The notes under the pieces: generated by a model
Told to the model about the DNA's origin: nothing
Databases searched by the model: none
The model's input: the letters and a program-made list of their open reading frames with translations, nothing else
Shown here: piece by piece, positions 1-13,700 of the stretch
How positions within the stretch are numbered: position 1 is the stretch's first letter
Layout: every line of letters starts with the position of its first letter
Source: Podarcis pityusensis
Taxonomy: Eukaryota
Assembly (NCBI GenBank): GCA_964106645.2
Contig: OZ067043.1
Strand: one strand, 5' to 3'
DNA: 64,000 nt
Made by a program: the position numbers and the translations under genes

Positions 1-1109
1 TGGGCGTATGCTTTGAGTGGCAAGATGGTTCAACGCCTTGTTTTTGTTTTCACTCAGAAGCAGATTTTTCACTTAGCACAGCATCTCTCTTATTTACCCA
101 AAATGGCCCTGTTTGGAGATCCACCCATCTTTGACCTCTGTGGCGCTAAGCCCAGCTGTGTCACTTCTTGGCAGACATTTTTATCTAATTAGTTGGCAGT
201 GCCAAGACCAATTTGGCAGGACCATAGCTATATCAATTTATTATAGGACATGGGAAGAAGAGGTGGATGTTTTCTGTAGTCTCGTTTCCTCATTGTTTGT
301 GGTCCCAAGTTGGCTTTGGAAGAGGAGCCTGTTTCTGTTTCCTGCAGCCTAGACAATTGGTATTGCCGACCAGACATTTAGGGCTGTCTGTTGTTCCTCC
401 GGTAGTTCCCTGGGAAAGGGAAATTAAGGAAATTGGACAAGAGAATTTATTTCTCAGTTTGATGTTGCCTGCTGGTTTCCAGAGCAGAATCTGAGACATG
501 CTTTACCAAGGAGCGCCAGCTTGTTCTGCAAATATATCATTATGAAGTTCGCAGAGAGCAGCCAAGCTACTCTGAGCATGTCAGGCACCAGGTCCTCCAG
601 GGAGCCAAAACAGTAATTGGTAGAAGATGTGAGCTGATCTTTACTGTGATCTTTTAAACAGAAAAACCTGGTGAAGGAGTGCCTGGAAAGACTATACGGT
701 GAATTATCCCCTTGGGTGTGATTCCATCCCTAATTTCTATGACAGCGTGTATCTGTGAGCTCATTAGGTTTCCTTTGTGGATAGGAGAACAAGAAGCATG
801 TTTATCGTAAAATGAGTTTCCCTCTCCCAAATAGTAGCAGAATATTTTTATTTAACGACTCACATTTTATTCATTTATTCATTTTCTTCCTGTTTCAAAA
901 AACCTTCTGCTGAAAGATGCCCAAGGGCTATCAGTGGTAGCTAAGGTGGTCCTTCCTCTTCTGTTCACTGTTTCTTAACTCTAGTTTCTTCTTTGTGGTC
1001 TCTGTGCAGGTACACTCATTGCATTCTGCAGATGTGCAGAGTATAATTAGCCTTCTAGAGCTTCAGTCAGTGCATTTTTGGTAGGAGGTACACTCCCAAT
1101 TGTCTAACA

Positions 1110-1230
1110 CAGGCTTCCTCAAACTCGGCCCTCCAGATGTTTTGAGACTACAATTCCCATAATCCCTGACCACTGGTCCTGCTAGCTAGGGATCATGGGA
1201 GTTGTAGGCCAAAAACATCTGGAGGGCCAA
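1110..1230. mobile_element. Palindromic hAT-type MITE (actacaa-tccca family), right end eroded
   Basis: Inverted arms ccctccagatgttttgagactacaattccca / tgggagttgtaggccaaaaacatctggaggg; same family as the copies at 24597, 28656 and 55700. Confidence 0.7.
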
Positions 1231-1451
1231 GGATGTACAAAGTCTCCATTCAGTTGCAAACCAGTATTGGGTGTCGTAGCCAGCAATTAGCTTGCAAATG
1301 AATTTCACATGAGAAAGTCAATCATTTTAAACTGGCTTTTTTTTTGCTTAGCAATTTAAATCATGATGGTTTTGCTCTGTTCACATGTTGTGGTGATCTG
1401 AAAGGTTTGTTGTGTCTTTCGAAAGAAGAGCCACCCGTCACAACAAAACCC

Positions 1452-1497
1452 CTTCTTCTTCTTCTTCTTCTTCTTCTTCTTCTTCTTCTTCTTCTTG
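1452..1497. repeat. (CTT)n microsatellite
   Basis: About 15 perfect CTT units; source of the poly-K/R/L/S ORF artefacts. Confidence 0.97.
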
Positions 1498-2440
1498 GAT
1501 ATGGCTCTGCAGACCCCATCAGCCCATGACTTTCCTTGTGCAATTGATAGGTGAACACACATCACTGCCTGAGTGCTCTCCAGCCCCTTCCTTCCAGTCT
1601 CCAAAAAACAGAAGCTTATCTGCCCACCCACCACTCTCCCATTCCGTTTGCTAGCTGTTTCTGCCACAACAGAAGAGTCAAAGGCACTTGTCCTTCCTAC
1701 ATCCAACCCTCTACTCCAGTCTGCACATTTATTTTCCTCTGCTACCAGTTCTTCCCAGGGTGGTCTCCTTTGAAACCGACCACCAAACCTCCCTCTTAGC
1801 ATGATAGAAGTTTGTATTTCAAAGGGGAACCAGACTTTTATAGAAAGTAACAGAGCCTGACCTTGCATTCTGCAAGCCCCCATTCCACCTGTCGGTCATG
1901 GAACAGTGCCATGTGGCCGCCGGGTGCCAGGTGTATCTGGACACTTAACCAGCATGACTCGCAAGGAGGAGGAGAAAGAATTTGGCATGGTGGGGAGTCA
2001 GTGAGAGCTGGCAGCTGGTTCTCTCATTGCCTCCTTGGCTGTTTTCATTCTCCAAACATTAGTGCCTCTCAAATGCACAGCGACTGAAGTTTCAAAACAC
2101 TGCTCCAGAAGCATGAGGTACACCTCCTGGGCTTTAGCAAAAGTTGTGGCGCTAACTAGATGTGATGTTAATTGTGTATAGTCAAATAATGTGCACTTAA
2201 ATATATAAGGGTGATTTTCTTCAGGGATGTTTGTGTGTATGTAAGGGTTAAAACCACCCACACCATGACCCTAATCCTTCTCCCTCTCATTTGCTATTTC
2301 AGTTTTTCATGTGCCCGCACACAATTACCCTCAGGCCTAGTTGGAACCTCAGTTGCGGGTTTTGAGGAAATGCCAGTGGTCACAACATCTCTCTTCAGCC
2401 AATTCAGGATATTTTGTTGTGTGAAGTTATAGCAGCTACT

Positions 2441-3042
2441 TACCGTATTTTTCACTCCATAAGACACACTTATGGGGAAATGTCTGTGCGTCTTATGGAG
2501 TGAATGCTGGTCCCTGGAGCTGAATTGCCCAGGGGGCACAAAGCAGATCGTGCTTTTTTTTTTTTTTGTGTAGAAAGAGGGAAGGGGGTATTAAAACGAA
2601 GTCGCTGAGCAGCTGATCAGCAAGCAATCGGGAGGGAGATAAGGGACGCTAGCGATAAAGGAGGCTGCCTGGGAGGGGGAGGTAAAAGCACATGGATCCT
2701 CAGGATTTTTGCATTGGGTCACCCCAAATTCACCATCAGATCACATAGCATGTCTATGGCTATAGCCTGCACCAAAAAAACACACACCCATTGTTTCGTG
2801 GGGCCGCAGTGGCGCAAAAAAGGTGGTTACAAAGCACAGATCCACATGGATCCTCAGGATTTTTGCATTGGGCTACCCCAAACTCACCGTCAAATCACAT
2901 ATCATGTCTGTGGCCAAAGCATGAACCACCAAAAATCATACATCCACTGTTTTGTTCAGAATATTTTTTTTCTTGTTTTCCTCCTCTAAAAACTAGGTGT
3001 GTCTTATGGTCAGGTGCGTCTTATGGAGTGAAAAATACGGTA
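2441..3042. mobile_element. Non-autonomous Tc1/mariner-pogo (Tigger-like) DNA transposon
   Basis: TIRs ta-ccgtatttttcactccataagac / gtcttatggagtgaaaaatacgg-ta with TA flanks; internal direct duplication catggatcctcaggatttttgcattggg (~2690 and ~2843). Confidence 0.85.
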
Positions 3043-3187
3043 TATTAGGCCCTCTAAATCCATGCAGCCTACGCTGAAATGCCGTCTTTCATGGTGATCA
3101 TTTTACTTATTTTTGGTTCTTACTCATTTGATACCTAGCTCTCTTACCAATTCATGAACACTCTGGAGCTGTTTGCCCAGCAATGGC

Positions 3188-3231
<44 letters not shown>

Positions 3232-3270
3232 TATTTATGTGGACTTCCCCAGCCACTCTGGGCAGCTATC
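3188..3270 (-). repeat. (AAT)n tail plus short L2-like 3' end remnant
   Basis: (aat)n followed by ttccccagccactctgggcagct; same family as the 51128-51335 and 59065 copies. Confidence 0.7.
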
Positions 3271-3854
3271 TTCCATTAGAGAAGCACTGTGGTGTCAGTT
3301 CCAAGATTTGGAGGTGGGTGGAGAGTTCGAGGGGCACTGTAGCATGTCTTCCTTAGCATAACCAGTTAGCTTAGCCATTCTTGGCAGGAATCAAAAGCTC
3401 GGTTCCTTCTGCAGCTGTTTCTGGACGGGCCTTGAGGGAGTGGGTTGGGACCTGTGCCTGGGATAGTAAGATTTCCAGCTCCAAATCTGCATGGGGCTTG
3501 CATTCTTATAAAAGCTGCAGGGATAAGGAAGACAGGTCCATGTTCCTTTACACCAGCATTGCAGGTTTTCAGACGCATTTCAGAGTGCCAACTAATGACG
3601 CTTTCACAAACGCATAGGAATCATAAGATGAGTCATGCCATTGGTCCACCTTGCTCATTACTGCCTAAACTGACTGGCAGTGGCTCTCCAGAATTTCACA
3701 CAGGGCTTTCTCCCAGCCCTACCAGGAGATGTTGGGGAGAGAACCTGGTACCTTCTGCATGCGAAGCAGATGCTCTCTCATTGCATCGCAACCCTTCCCC
3801 AAAGTAGCCACCGTTGCACTTTGTAGGATATTGCCTAAACAAAGCTCACTGTTT

Positions 3855-4500
3855 GAGCTTGATTGAGCTTGATTATTGAGGGGAAGTGCGTGGAACAGGT
3901 CTCGGTGTTTCGATTTCTGGGAATGGAGTTGAGAGACGACTTAACCTGGGGAGAAAACAGCAAAGACCTGATGAAGAAGAGAGCACAGCAGAGGTTATAT
4001 TTTCTGAGAATCCTCCGGAAAAACAATCTCTCAAAGGACCTGTTGATGGCATTTTACCATTGCACTGTGGACAGTGTATTAACTTATGGTCTGTGTGTTT
4101 GGTTTGGGAGCTGCACGGCCAGGGAAAAAACAATGCTGTCCAGGGTTGTAAAGACTGCAGAGAGAATAATTGGGTGCACTCTTCCCACCTTAGATCAAAT
4201 CTATGCTGCCAGGTGCCATAAGAAAGCTGCAGAGATAGCGCAGGATAGTGCACACCCCGGAAATGATCTCTTTCAGCTTCTGCCTTCTGGAAGAAGGTAC
4301 AGGGTTATACAGGCCAGGACTAGCCACCTGAGAAACAGTTTCTACGCAAATGCAATTCTGGTTCTAAACGCAGCATAAGGGGTCTCTATAGTATAGTGTA
4401 TTTTAAAATGGGGTTTCAGAGTTTTTGGGGGTTTTTGAATGTTTTATGTAGTTTTTCAGTTTCATTGTTCTGCATGGGACGATGGCAATAAAGATATATA
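3855..4500 (+). mobile_element. 5'-truncated Rex1/Babar-like LINE (C-terminal part of ORF)
   Basis: ORF 3863-4378 contains VSVFRFLG..DDLTW...KRAQQRLYFLRILRK and HPGNDLFQLLPSGRRYR, typical of Rex1/Babar RT C-termini; followed by a 3' UTR ending in aataaagatatata. Confidence 0.8.
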
Positions 4501-4667
4501 TCACTGTGAATCCCTAGTGCTCCATGTCCGTTTTCTGCGTTTGTCCTATCTTATGCTGGAGAGCTGGTGTCGTGTCCTATCAAAGAAATCAGGGAGTTCT
4601 TTTTTATACTTGCCTCTGCCACAAACTCACTAGGTAGCCTTAGGCAAGCCACTCTTCCTCAGCCTCA

Positions 4668-4800
4668 GGAATCATAGAATCGTAGAGTTGGAATGGACCC
4701 TGGGGGTCATCTAGTCCAACCCCCTGCAATGCAGGAAACTCAGTTAAAGCATCCGTGACAGATGGCCATCCAACCTCTGCTTTAAAAAACCCCAAGGAAG
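4668..4800 (-). mobile_element. CR1 LINE 3' end fragment
   Basis: gaatcatagaatcgtagagttggaa...ggtcatctagtccaacccc is the reverse of the CR1 (ATTCTRTG)n tail and 3' hairpin. Confidence 0.75.
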
Positions 4801-4982
4801 GTTTTTAAATATACTAATATTGGAAGATAATATTGATCCGCTTTACAGGGATGACATGAGGATTACACTGAAGTAGATGAAGTGCTTTGAATATTTGGAA
4901 GTTCTAATACAATTGCAGAATATTATTAATATTTCATTTTACACAACTAAAATGTTCACCTCTTGACTTCTCTGCTCAATAG

Positions 4983-5101
4983 CTTCCAAGAGAGATTGTA
5001 TAGAGAAGTTTGGCCTGAGGACTGTGGAACGGATAACCAAAGACAATGACGCCATCTGCACCACTGAATACTCCCGAATTGTGCCCTTGGAGAACGGCGA
5101 G
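4983..5101 (+). CDS. LAMA5: LAMA5 exon ~4 (LN domain)
   Basis: ag|CTTCC...GGCGAG|gtaaac; 119 nt; [39 protein letters not shown]. Confidence 0.95.
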
Positions 5102-5557
5102 GTAAACTCTTAAATTTTTTGTCTGGCTGTGCATCAAAGCAGTGATGTGGGTTAGATTTTTTCCCCATGCTTAATTATTCTGCAAAAAAACAAACAAAAA
5201 ACCTGCTTTGTAAGTTCAATAATAACTATGAATGGATTTGACAAGCATAGCAGTTTGAAACTTTTTATCATTCTTTAATAAACGTGAGTAAAATTAGCGT
5301 GCTTAATTTGATCTATAGCACCAGAATCTATGCAAACTGACAATTTTCAGATGCAAATTAGCCTAATTTTTGTAGGATTTCTCCACCCCTCCAAAAAACC
5401 CCACATCACCCAGTTCAAGTCCTGTATTTAAAATGATCGATGCTGAATTAACATAAGGTATGAAGGATAACCCACCAGATTTCCATATGTTGATGTTTCT
5501 GAGAGCATGAGCCTGTAGATAGAGTATTGAATATTATCACTGGGTAACCTTGGTAAC

Positions 5558-5625
5558 TTGGTGTGCTCTGGTCCATGGGGTCACGAAGAGTCGGACACGA
5601 CTAAACGACTAAACAACAACAACAA
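5558..5625 (+). mobile_element. RTE-BovB 3' terminal fragment
   Basis: gtccatggggtcacgaagagtcggacacgactaaacgactaaacaacaacaac. Confidence 0.8.
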
Positions 5626-7390
5626 CCTTGGGCAAACCTATCTATACAATTGGAATTATAGAGTGGGAATAAAATGACTTGCCTTACAGAGTTGCTGTGA
5701 TACTTCATGGGGTGGGGAGGAAAGGAAAGGCACTTCAAATAAAGAGCTGTATAGAGCCTTACAAGCCATTGTAAGTTCTGTCTAGCCTTTGGTTTCTAAG
5801 TCTCCTGCAAGCATTAGCTGTGCCTTTCCAAACCATATTCTGTGGCCATGAGACATAGAAATTAATTTAAGAAATGAAAGATTGGATTCTTGGGATTCCA
5901 AACTCTGTACCCTCTGTCCAATTCCATTCTTGCCCAGAAGAGTCATGGAAATGGAAGATAGGCTCTGCGGCGATATTCCTTTCTCTTGGGAGATAAGCAA
6001 GCTGTCGCCCTGTCCAGTGAACTTTACCTTTCTGAATGTTTCTTGAGTTATCCAAAGCTGATAATAGGCCATGGGATATTGCGCCTGGGAAACTCTGGCA
6101 CATCCTGTTTGCTAAATTCTGCTGTAATCTTGAGTCATGCTGGCGGAACTCCTCCAGCTGTGCCGATGCTGTGTTCCAGGACAGAAACTCTGCTGCAATT
6201 GGTAAAGGGTTGCGGTGGGGTGTAAAGAGTTCATTCAACCACAGATATGCTTGTCCTCAAAGCATTTTATTTAAGCAGGAGGAGGGGGCCATTTTATTGC
6301 AGGGGGGGGGAGACACAAGGTCTGGGAATGCAAGGAAGTGCAGAATTATTTTGGTTAATTTTCACCAAAGGGATTAATTCATTTTTTTAAGGGCATGTTT
6401 GCATTTTCCAGCACTGGGTGAAATAATAAAGAGAGATTTGATTAGCAGCTGCTCAGATTGGAATGGAGTGCAGCTCAGTTGAAACAGATTCATCCATGTA
6501 TGGGATTTTGTTCGTTGCAGCTAAGGTCTCTGTTGCCTTGTGCCTAAAGATGCCTTACTCATTCCCCACATACCCTCTGAGATACCTTGCATTTGTGAAA
6601 ATGGCAGAATGTTTAAATGAAGAAATCCAGAATTGTATGTAATATTGGCATGACATGTTAAGTTTGCCATATCAAATGCTGAAGTGGATTATTGCTGAGA
6701 TATTTTTTTCATTGCTTGGCGACATGGTGTATGTTGAATTGAATCCCTTTGGAATGAATTAGTGGGTCTTAAATCCTGACTAAGTTATCCCACTGATCTC
6801 AATAAGAATGTAAGAACATAAGAACCCTGTGGCATCAGACCAAAAGTCCTATGGGAAGCTCACAAGCAGGACCACAGTCCAGCAGCACTCTTCCCACTTG
6901 TGATTCCTTGTAGCTGCTGTTCAGAGGCCCACCACCTCCAACCATTGAGATAGTACATAGCCATCATGGTTAGTAGCCATTGACAGCGAATGAGAACCTT
7001 CAGCTAACTTAGCTTGGATCAACCTGGTTATACCAACCCCACTTACTTTTCAATGGCAAGCTATAACTGGCTTATCTGTAAAATGGGAGCAGTTGTGACT
7101 TACCTCTGAGGTTTGCTGCATGGAGGAATAAGAGAAGAATATATTGGGCTGGATTCGGTTAACAGGTCCCACTAGCAGAAACCCACTCAGAGACTTCTGC
7201 TAGTGCAATGGGTCTTCCCCCACCCCCTAAATTAACTCTGGGGGCTAGGGAGAATCCCTAGAACAGTATGGTGTGGGAGGAGAGATTGTTCTGTTGTACA
7301 AGCAGAAATGCTTGCACTGATACAATATTTTTAACAGTGTGATGCTGAATTCCTCCCATTGTTACTTGCTCTGAGCATAGTAGTATAGTG

Positions 7391-7620
7391 TACAGTGGTA
7401 CCTCGGGTTACAGACGCTTCAGGTTACAGACTCTGCTAACCCAGGAATAGTACCTTGGGTGAAGAACTTTGCTTCAGGATGAGAACAGAAATCATGCTCT
7501 GGCGGCGTGGCAGCAGCAGGAGGCCCCATTAGCTAAAGTGGTGCTTCAGGTTAAGAACAGTTTCAGGATAAGAACGGACCTCCAGAACGAATTAAGTTCT
7601 TAACCCGAGGTACCTCTGTA
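7391..7620. mobile_element. Tc1/mariner MITE family A
   Basis: ta-cagtggtacctcgggtta ... taacccgaggtacctctg-ta; further copies at 15137, 35980, 40513 and 49478. Confidence 0.88.
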
Positions 7621-7744
7621 ATTTAAATGAGTAGATGCGAATTGTATTGATCCACTGCTATGGTGAAGCATATTTCCGGACTGAGAAACACACACATTTT
7701 CTGTCACCTGAAATATTCCTCTCTTTCTCACTCTGCTTCTACAG

Positions 7745-7915
7745 ATTGTGGTTTCTTTGGTGAACGGGCGTCCGGGAGCCATGAACTTCTCTTATTCTCC
7801 TCTGTTAAGGAATTTCACCAAAGCCACCAACATTCGATTACGCTTCCTGCGGACTAACACCCTACTTGGGCATCTGATGGGAAAGGCCTTACGAGACCCG
7901 ACCGTGACCAGAAGG
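7745..7915 (+). CDS. LAMA5: LAMA5 exon ~5 (LN domain)
   Basis: cag|ATTGTG...AGAAGG|gtgaga; 171 nt; [57 protein letters not shown]. Confidence 0.97.
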
Positions 7916-9830
7916 GTGAGATGCTTCTAGACTCCTCTTTGCTTATTAGGCAAATCTGGGTGGGAGCTGTAGCTTTTGGAAACATTTGAGAGATGTGTAA
8001 ATGTACAGAGTACCATGGTATCCTTCCAAGGGAAAAGGTTTTACACATTTATTCATCTTCCAAATGACTACCGTGAATAACAGTGTTGTATCCAACTAAG
8101 TTTTAGCCAGAGTAGACCTACTGAAATTAATGGACCTTCATTAGCCATATTCATTATTTTCAGTGGGTCCTCTCTGAGTAGTTCCTGTTCAGGACAAGCA
8201 GAAAACAGTTAATCAATGTTGTTATCTGATTAGATTCACTAATGTTTAATAATAATAATAATGCTGAAAAATATATCTCAAGATTAAAGGTAAAATTAGG
8301 GCATCAGCAGCCTGAGTGGTCTACAGGATTTGTTCGTGGGTGACCTGGATTTAAATTGCACTTTGCATGTTACCAGTTTCCCATACGGAAGTGAGGGTGT
8401 GTTGTAATAAATGTTCTGTCATGGACTGGATATCCCTTTGGAATATATGCTCAGTAGCACATTCATATATGAATTTAAGCCTATTCTGAACCTATTAGGA
8501 CCAAAATTATTTAATATATTATAAAAAGAAATTTAATAAAAAAATTAAACTAAAAAAAAGTTCCTTGATCAATTAAAAAGTTCCTAACCCTTTATACATA
8601 TGTGTGATACTTTGTTAGGTAACATTCCCACCCACAAACCCAATTATGCATGACCAACAGCTCAACCCTTCCTATGGAGAGACATTTTGGACTTTGAGAT
8701 CCTTGTTGCAGTCTACCAAACAGCACAGTTGTGGAGAGAGTTATATGCAGATGTCTAGAGTAATAAATCTGCAATCTGCTTGGGGGTTGTGGGGAGAACG
8801 TTGGTTGCCAACAAACAAACAAAGCCACCCACCCGACAACACTTGAGGCACCTGCTGATTGCTACACACAACTTCCTTGGCAAAGTCCAGCATGGGGGAT
8901 ATCCCAGTCTGCTTGTTTGTTAGCTCTGCAATAACTAGCAGGTGTTACTTACTGTAGCCAGCAAAAACTGCACTGAAGAGGCTTTAAGTATGCAGTTGGT
9001 GCTGCCGGACGAAGGAAGAAATGCCCCAAAGTATTATTTAAAGAAATAAAACCCATTGGTTCCCCTTGGTAGGGGTAGGTGTTGTCAAGCTCCTCCCACA
9101 AAAAATGAGAGAGATTAACTAGATTAATCAGAGGCTCTGAAAATTTTCAAAGCCCTGCATGCTTTTATCCAGGCATACAGAAAAAAATTAAAATGTGTTT
9201 ATTGATATTGTTCAGACTGATGGTGGTCTACTTTTAGAACAGAGACAATAAAGAGCAAACTTTGCAAATTGTTTAACCTTGCCTGGCATAATGTCCTGGG
9301 CCTTCAGTTTTACTAAGCCAGGGGGATGGGACTTCAGCCCTAGAGGCTGAATGCCCTGAATGCTTTCTGTCTGGCCCTTGGAGCCTTCATTAGGCCATAT
9401 ACCACATTGGACCTGCTAGTGCCTCTAGCTTGTCTGTTGCTCAGTACACAGCCCATGACGTTTCTGTGATGTCACCCTAAAGCCGCATTGTGATAAGCAG
9501 AGTTATGAATACTGTTGCCATGACACTGTAAGCCTCTGATTCTCTCCCACACTCTGTATAATAGCCAGTGTGGGCAATTACCAGGCAGGGCAGAGGTGAT
9601 AATATTACTCTGCTCTTCCTGTAAGGAATGCTTCTTTGACTGATGCGTCAATCATTCAAGAATAATTTTGTAAAGGATGCGTCAGATAGAATCCTATCAC
9701 TGACAAAGTTTGAGTTATGTATCTTGAAGTAGCTGGGCATTTGTGCCATGAGTTTATTCCTTTGTATGGGAGAGAATATATGGCCGATGTCTCCAAAGTG
9801 ACAAGGACAAACCATTCCGTGATCTTTTAG

Positions 9831-9928
9831 TATTACTACAGCATCAAAGATATCAGCATTGGAGGACGGTGCGTATGCCATGGTCACGCTGACGTCTGTG
9901 ATGCCAAAGACCCTACGGATCCTTATAG
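9831..9928 (+). CDS. LAMA5: LAMA5 exon ~6 (end of LN / start of LEa1)
   Basis: tag|TATTAC...TATAG|gtaaga; 98 nt; [32 protein letters not shown]. Confidence 0.97.
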
Positions 9929-10463
9929 GTAAGACTTCTATTGGAAAACACCATGCCTAGATAGACTGATATGTAAAGAACTGAACTAAGAAGGATAGTT
10001 GGTGAAAGGGAAACAAGGTTCATCATGCAATGGAGGGACTGAAAGATGAATTTTGCTGTAAGTCAGCAGAGCCAGTTGTGCTGAAAGACAAGGTGTAATG
10101 TGATAGATAGACTGGTAGATCGACTGATAGATAGATGATAGCTAGATTAGCTGCATTCTAAAGCAAGATTCTCCCCATGTTAATTTGCACTTTACTTCAT
10201 CACCACCACAACCGCCTCCTAGATTGCCAACATCACCTAGATTATGTTGTCATACTGAGAGTTTAACCAAATACAGTGGCTCATGCAACATTCAAATATG
10301 AGTCAAACCAAATCACTTGAACCAGAGTCATGTGCTACCCAGAACGGTGGTCAGTTAGCTTTTTGTTGCAAACCGAGAACTGTTTATTGAGCTGATATAA
10401 GAAAAAATGTTTTCTTAGTCCTTCAACAGAACTTAAAAGTCTCTGACAAGTAGAAGGAAAGAA

Positions 10464-10708
10464 TACAGTGGTACCTCGGTTTAAGAACAGCCCTGTTTAC
10501 GAACAATTTGGTTTACGAACTCTGCAAAACCAGAAGTAGTGTCCTGGTTTGCGAACTTTACCTCAGTCTAAGAACGGAATCAGAATGGTGGAAGGGCACC
10601 AGCAGTGGAAGGCCTCATTAGGGAAAGCGCACCTCGGTTTAAGATCGGTTTCGGTTTAAGAAGGGACTTCCAGAACGGATTTAGTTCATAAACCGAGGTA
10701 CCACGGTA
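10464..10708. mobile_element. Tc1/mariner MITE family B
   Basis: ta-cagtggtacctcggttta ... taaaccgaggtaccacgg-ta. Confidence 0.85.
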
Positions 10709-13700
10709 GAACATTCAGAACAGAATTTGCAATGATTCAGTTCAGTATATAAACCAGCCTCAGATTGATCCAATTCTGAAATATACACGGTTGATTCCAC
10801 AGTGTGTAAAACAAGGATTTCATGAGAAGATGTGAGTTGGGTGGTCACACTGGCTGTCCAGAGCAAATGGGAGAACATAAGAGGAGCCTTTCTGGGTCAG
10901 GCCAAAGTCCCACCAGTCCAGCATCCTTTTTCTCACAAGCAGCAGCACTATGCTCTCTTGCAGTTTTCAGCAACTGGTATTCAGAGGCATACTGCCCTCC
11001 AAATGCAGGAAGCACATAGCCATCATAGCCAGTAGCCTTCAAATTTGTGACTGTTTACTATTAATGTAACAATTTGCCAGGATAGGCACCTTGAAGAACA
11101 TTGCTAAATATGTTTACTTGCTGCAAATTGACGCTATAAATTTCCTGTCTGTTTTATCTGTGGCTTATTTGGAAGTTCCACACATCCACAACTTCCCATG
11201 TGATCACGAGCAATAAATATTTCTTTGTGAGCATCTACTATTTCACAATTTGCATTGCACTTTGCGTTATATCTGTAGTGTATTATATACCAGTTGCCCC
11301 TTGCTTCCTTTTTTCTCTTTGATTGATCTAGTTCTACCATCTGCATTTGATTTCTTCCTTAGTGATAAAGTTGATACACCATTGTCCTGCTTTTATGTTT
11401 GGCTTTTAATCATTTCATCTACCTTCTTCTTTGTTTGGTTTTCTAAGAACTTCAGCCTTAGGCTTCAATCCTAAATGGATTTACATCTGAGTAGATCTGC
11501 TTAGGATTGCATTGTTTATATCTAGAGTTCACTGTTGCAAAGGTGGCCTTGTTCTCTGCAGTATTGTTCCTTGGCCAGGGGGCAGTTTAAAATACGTTTC
11601 CCAAGAGCAATTGGGGGGGGGGAGTTTTCATTGGCCATTTTTAGCTCTCATAATACCTACTCACAGAAAAGCTTCAAAGCACATGATTAGCGGGAATCAG
11701 AGCCAAAACTTTGTTCTTGAGGACACAGGAGCACAAACTTGGTTCCAGTCCCTGGCCCTCATCATGTCTGGATTTTTAGACACTCACATATGAATGATAA
11801 GAGACGGCTCATATCCCTATCACCTAAATTTGTCGGGAGATAATGAGAATGGAAAATGTTGCCTTATTCCTTGCATTCGGAAAACGAGTAGGGGCTGAAA
11901 TGAGACTTTGCTGTGTAGTTGCCTCCTTTCCTAGAGGCTGCTCTTTTGCTCTTTCTCACTCTGCCTCCCTGTCCCTGCAAACGACAAAAGATTTGCTCCC
12001 CTTTCTGCTTCCCATCAGCACAGTTGTTTGATGTCTACTATGTTGTTTCTTTAACATCATGGTCCCAGATTGTGATCAAGAGCACGACTTAATTCTGGAG
12101 AGGAGAACAGTTGCCTTGAAAGCCTGAGAAGTTTAGTCATAGGTACTGCAGACTCATTTATTTGGTTTATAGCAGACTAAACATAATTAAGAATAGGAGA
12201 GACTGAACTATCCGTTTGTTGGTAAATAATTCTTTCAAGGTCAGAGATTTCATAAATAACTGCCACCATACTTTATAGGGTCCAATATTTCCACCGTGAG
12301 CCTGTCAAAATTAGGATAAGTGTTTGAGCCTCCAAGTTCCATAATATTGGGCACTGTGCCTGGCTATTCATTCAAGTGGACTCTTTCCGTTCATTAGGAA
12401 TGACCAGGAAATGCAATGGTATCTTTTTCAATCTCCTAAATAGGAGCAAACTGTGAGAATTACAAACTCCTTTAAATCCTTTCCTCTCCAGTATGAATCT
12501 CCAACTCCCCCATAAGACACACATGTAAGCACAACATCATATAGGCATATAACTGCAACTACCCCAAACCAGGCTTTTCTTCTTAACCAGTGTTTGAAAC
12601 CAAGGTTTGACTAAGGGCAGCTGTGCTGATCCGCATCTCTAGAGCTAAATGGCCTATACTAGGGATGTGGGCAGGGATCTTCTCTGGTGCTGTTTTCTGT
12701 TGCTGGTACATTGAAACCCCAAGCACCCTGGAGAGAATGGGAGGGCTGTTCATTCCAGCTCTGCTTCCTGAGGTGAAATGTTCCTGGTCTCTGATGTCAG
12801 CCAGCTCATTATGCAGGAGTCCCTATTCCATTGCAGTGAATTGGTGAGAAGCAAGCCTCATTCCTTCTTGGTATGGATGTGGCCGTCCTCAGCATGTATT
12901 TGAGGCCGAAATGGGAACACATTTCATCTGCGTTTTGAAAGAGCACAGACAAAAACAGGGGGGGAAAGTTCTGCTTTCCTTAACACAATACAACTTCAAA
13001 AAGCAGACTTACCTAAAACACTGTGATGAAACATACAGACAAATATTAAGAATGCACTTCTGTATTCTACCTACAGGTCAGATGACATTTAGAAATAAGT
13101 GCTATTTAGATGAATCAGCCAGAAAGCTTTTGAAATAAAGTCCTCTTCAGGGGTCAAGCCTTTGTCATCCATAGGCTTCATTATAAAAAATTCATTAACT
13201 TGAGTAGATATAAAACTTGTCCAAATGGAAGAGATTTAAACACCCTTTGGTTTCTAATCCCAGTGCAAACATCCAAATAAAGATGCTCATGCTTTTCAAA
13301 CATTTTTTAAAAAATCTCTTGCAATGTGTATAGATCATGAGTGTATAACTTATAATCGGATGTTTTACCATAACTCTTTTTGAAAGCGCACTAAGGCAGG
13401 AATTCCTTGCCTCTCCAGAAGGTTTAGCCCAGGACGGCACAGAACCTCCACCCTCTGTTTTGTTGATATGACCATACAGGCAAAGTGTTGGGTCAGGTGA
13501 CTGTTCCAAAAAGGAGCTGTTAACTATGAAGTTTTTGGTCAGCTGTTTTGCAGGGTACATTTTGGCAAGCTGTCCCCACCCCACCCCCTCCCTACTCTCA
13601 GACTTTGCCATGTGCTCATGATAATGAATGGAATTTCCCTTTATTGATAAGAACTGTCTGGCTTTGTAAGTAAGGCCTATTGTCAGTAATAAGCCATAGT

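Noticed and set aside
1344-1883. ORFs with poly-K, poly-R, poly-L and poly-S tracts
   Set aside because: All are translations of the (CTT)n microsatellite.
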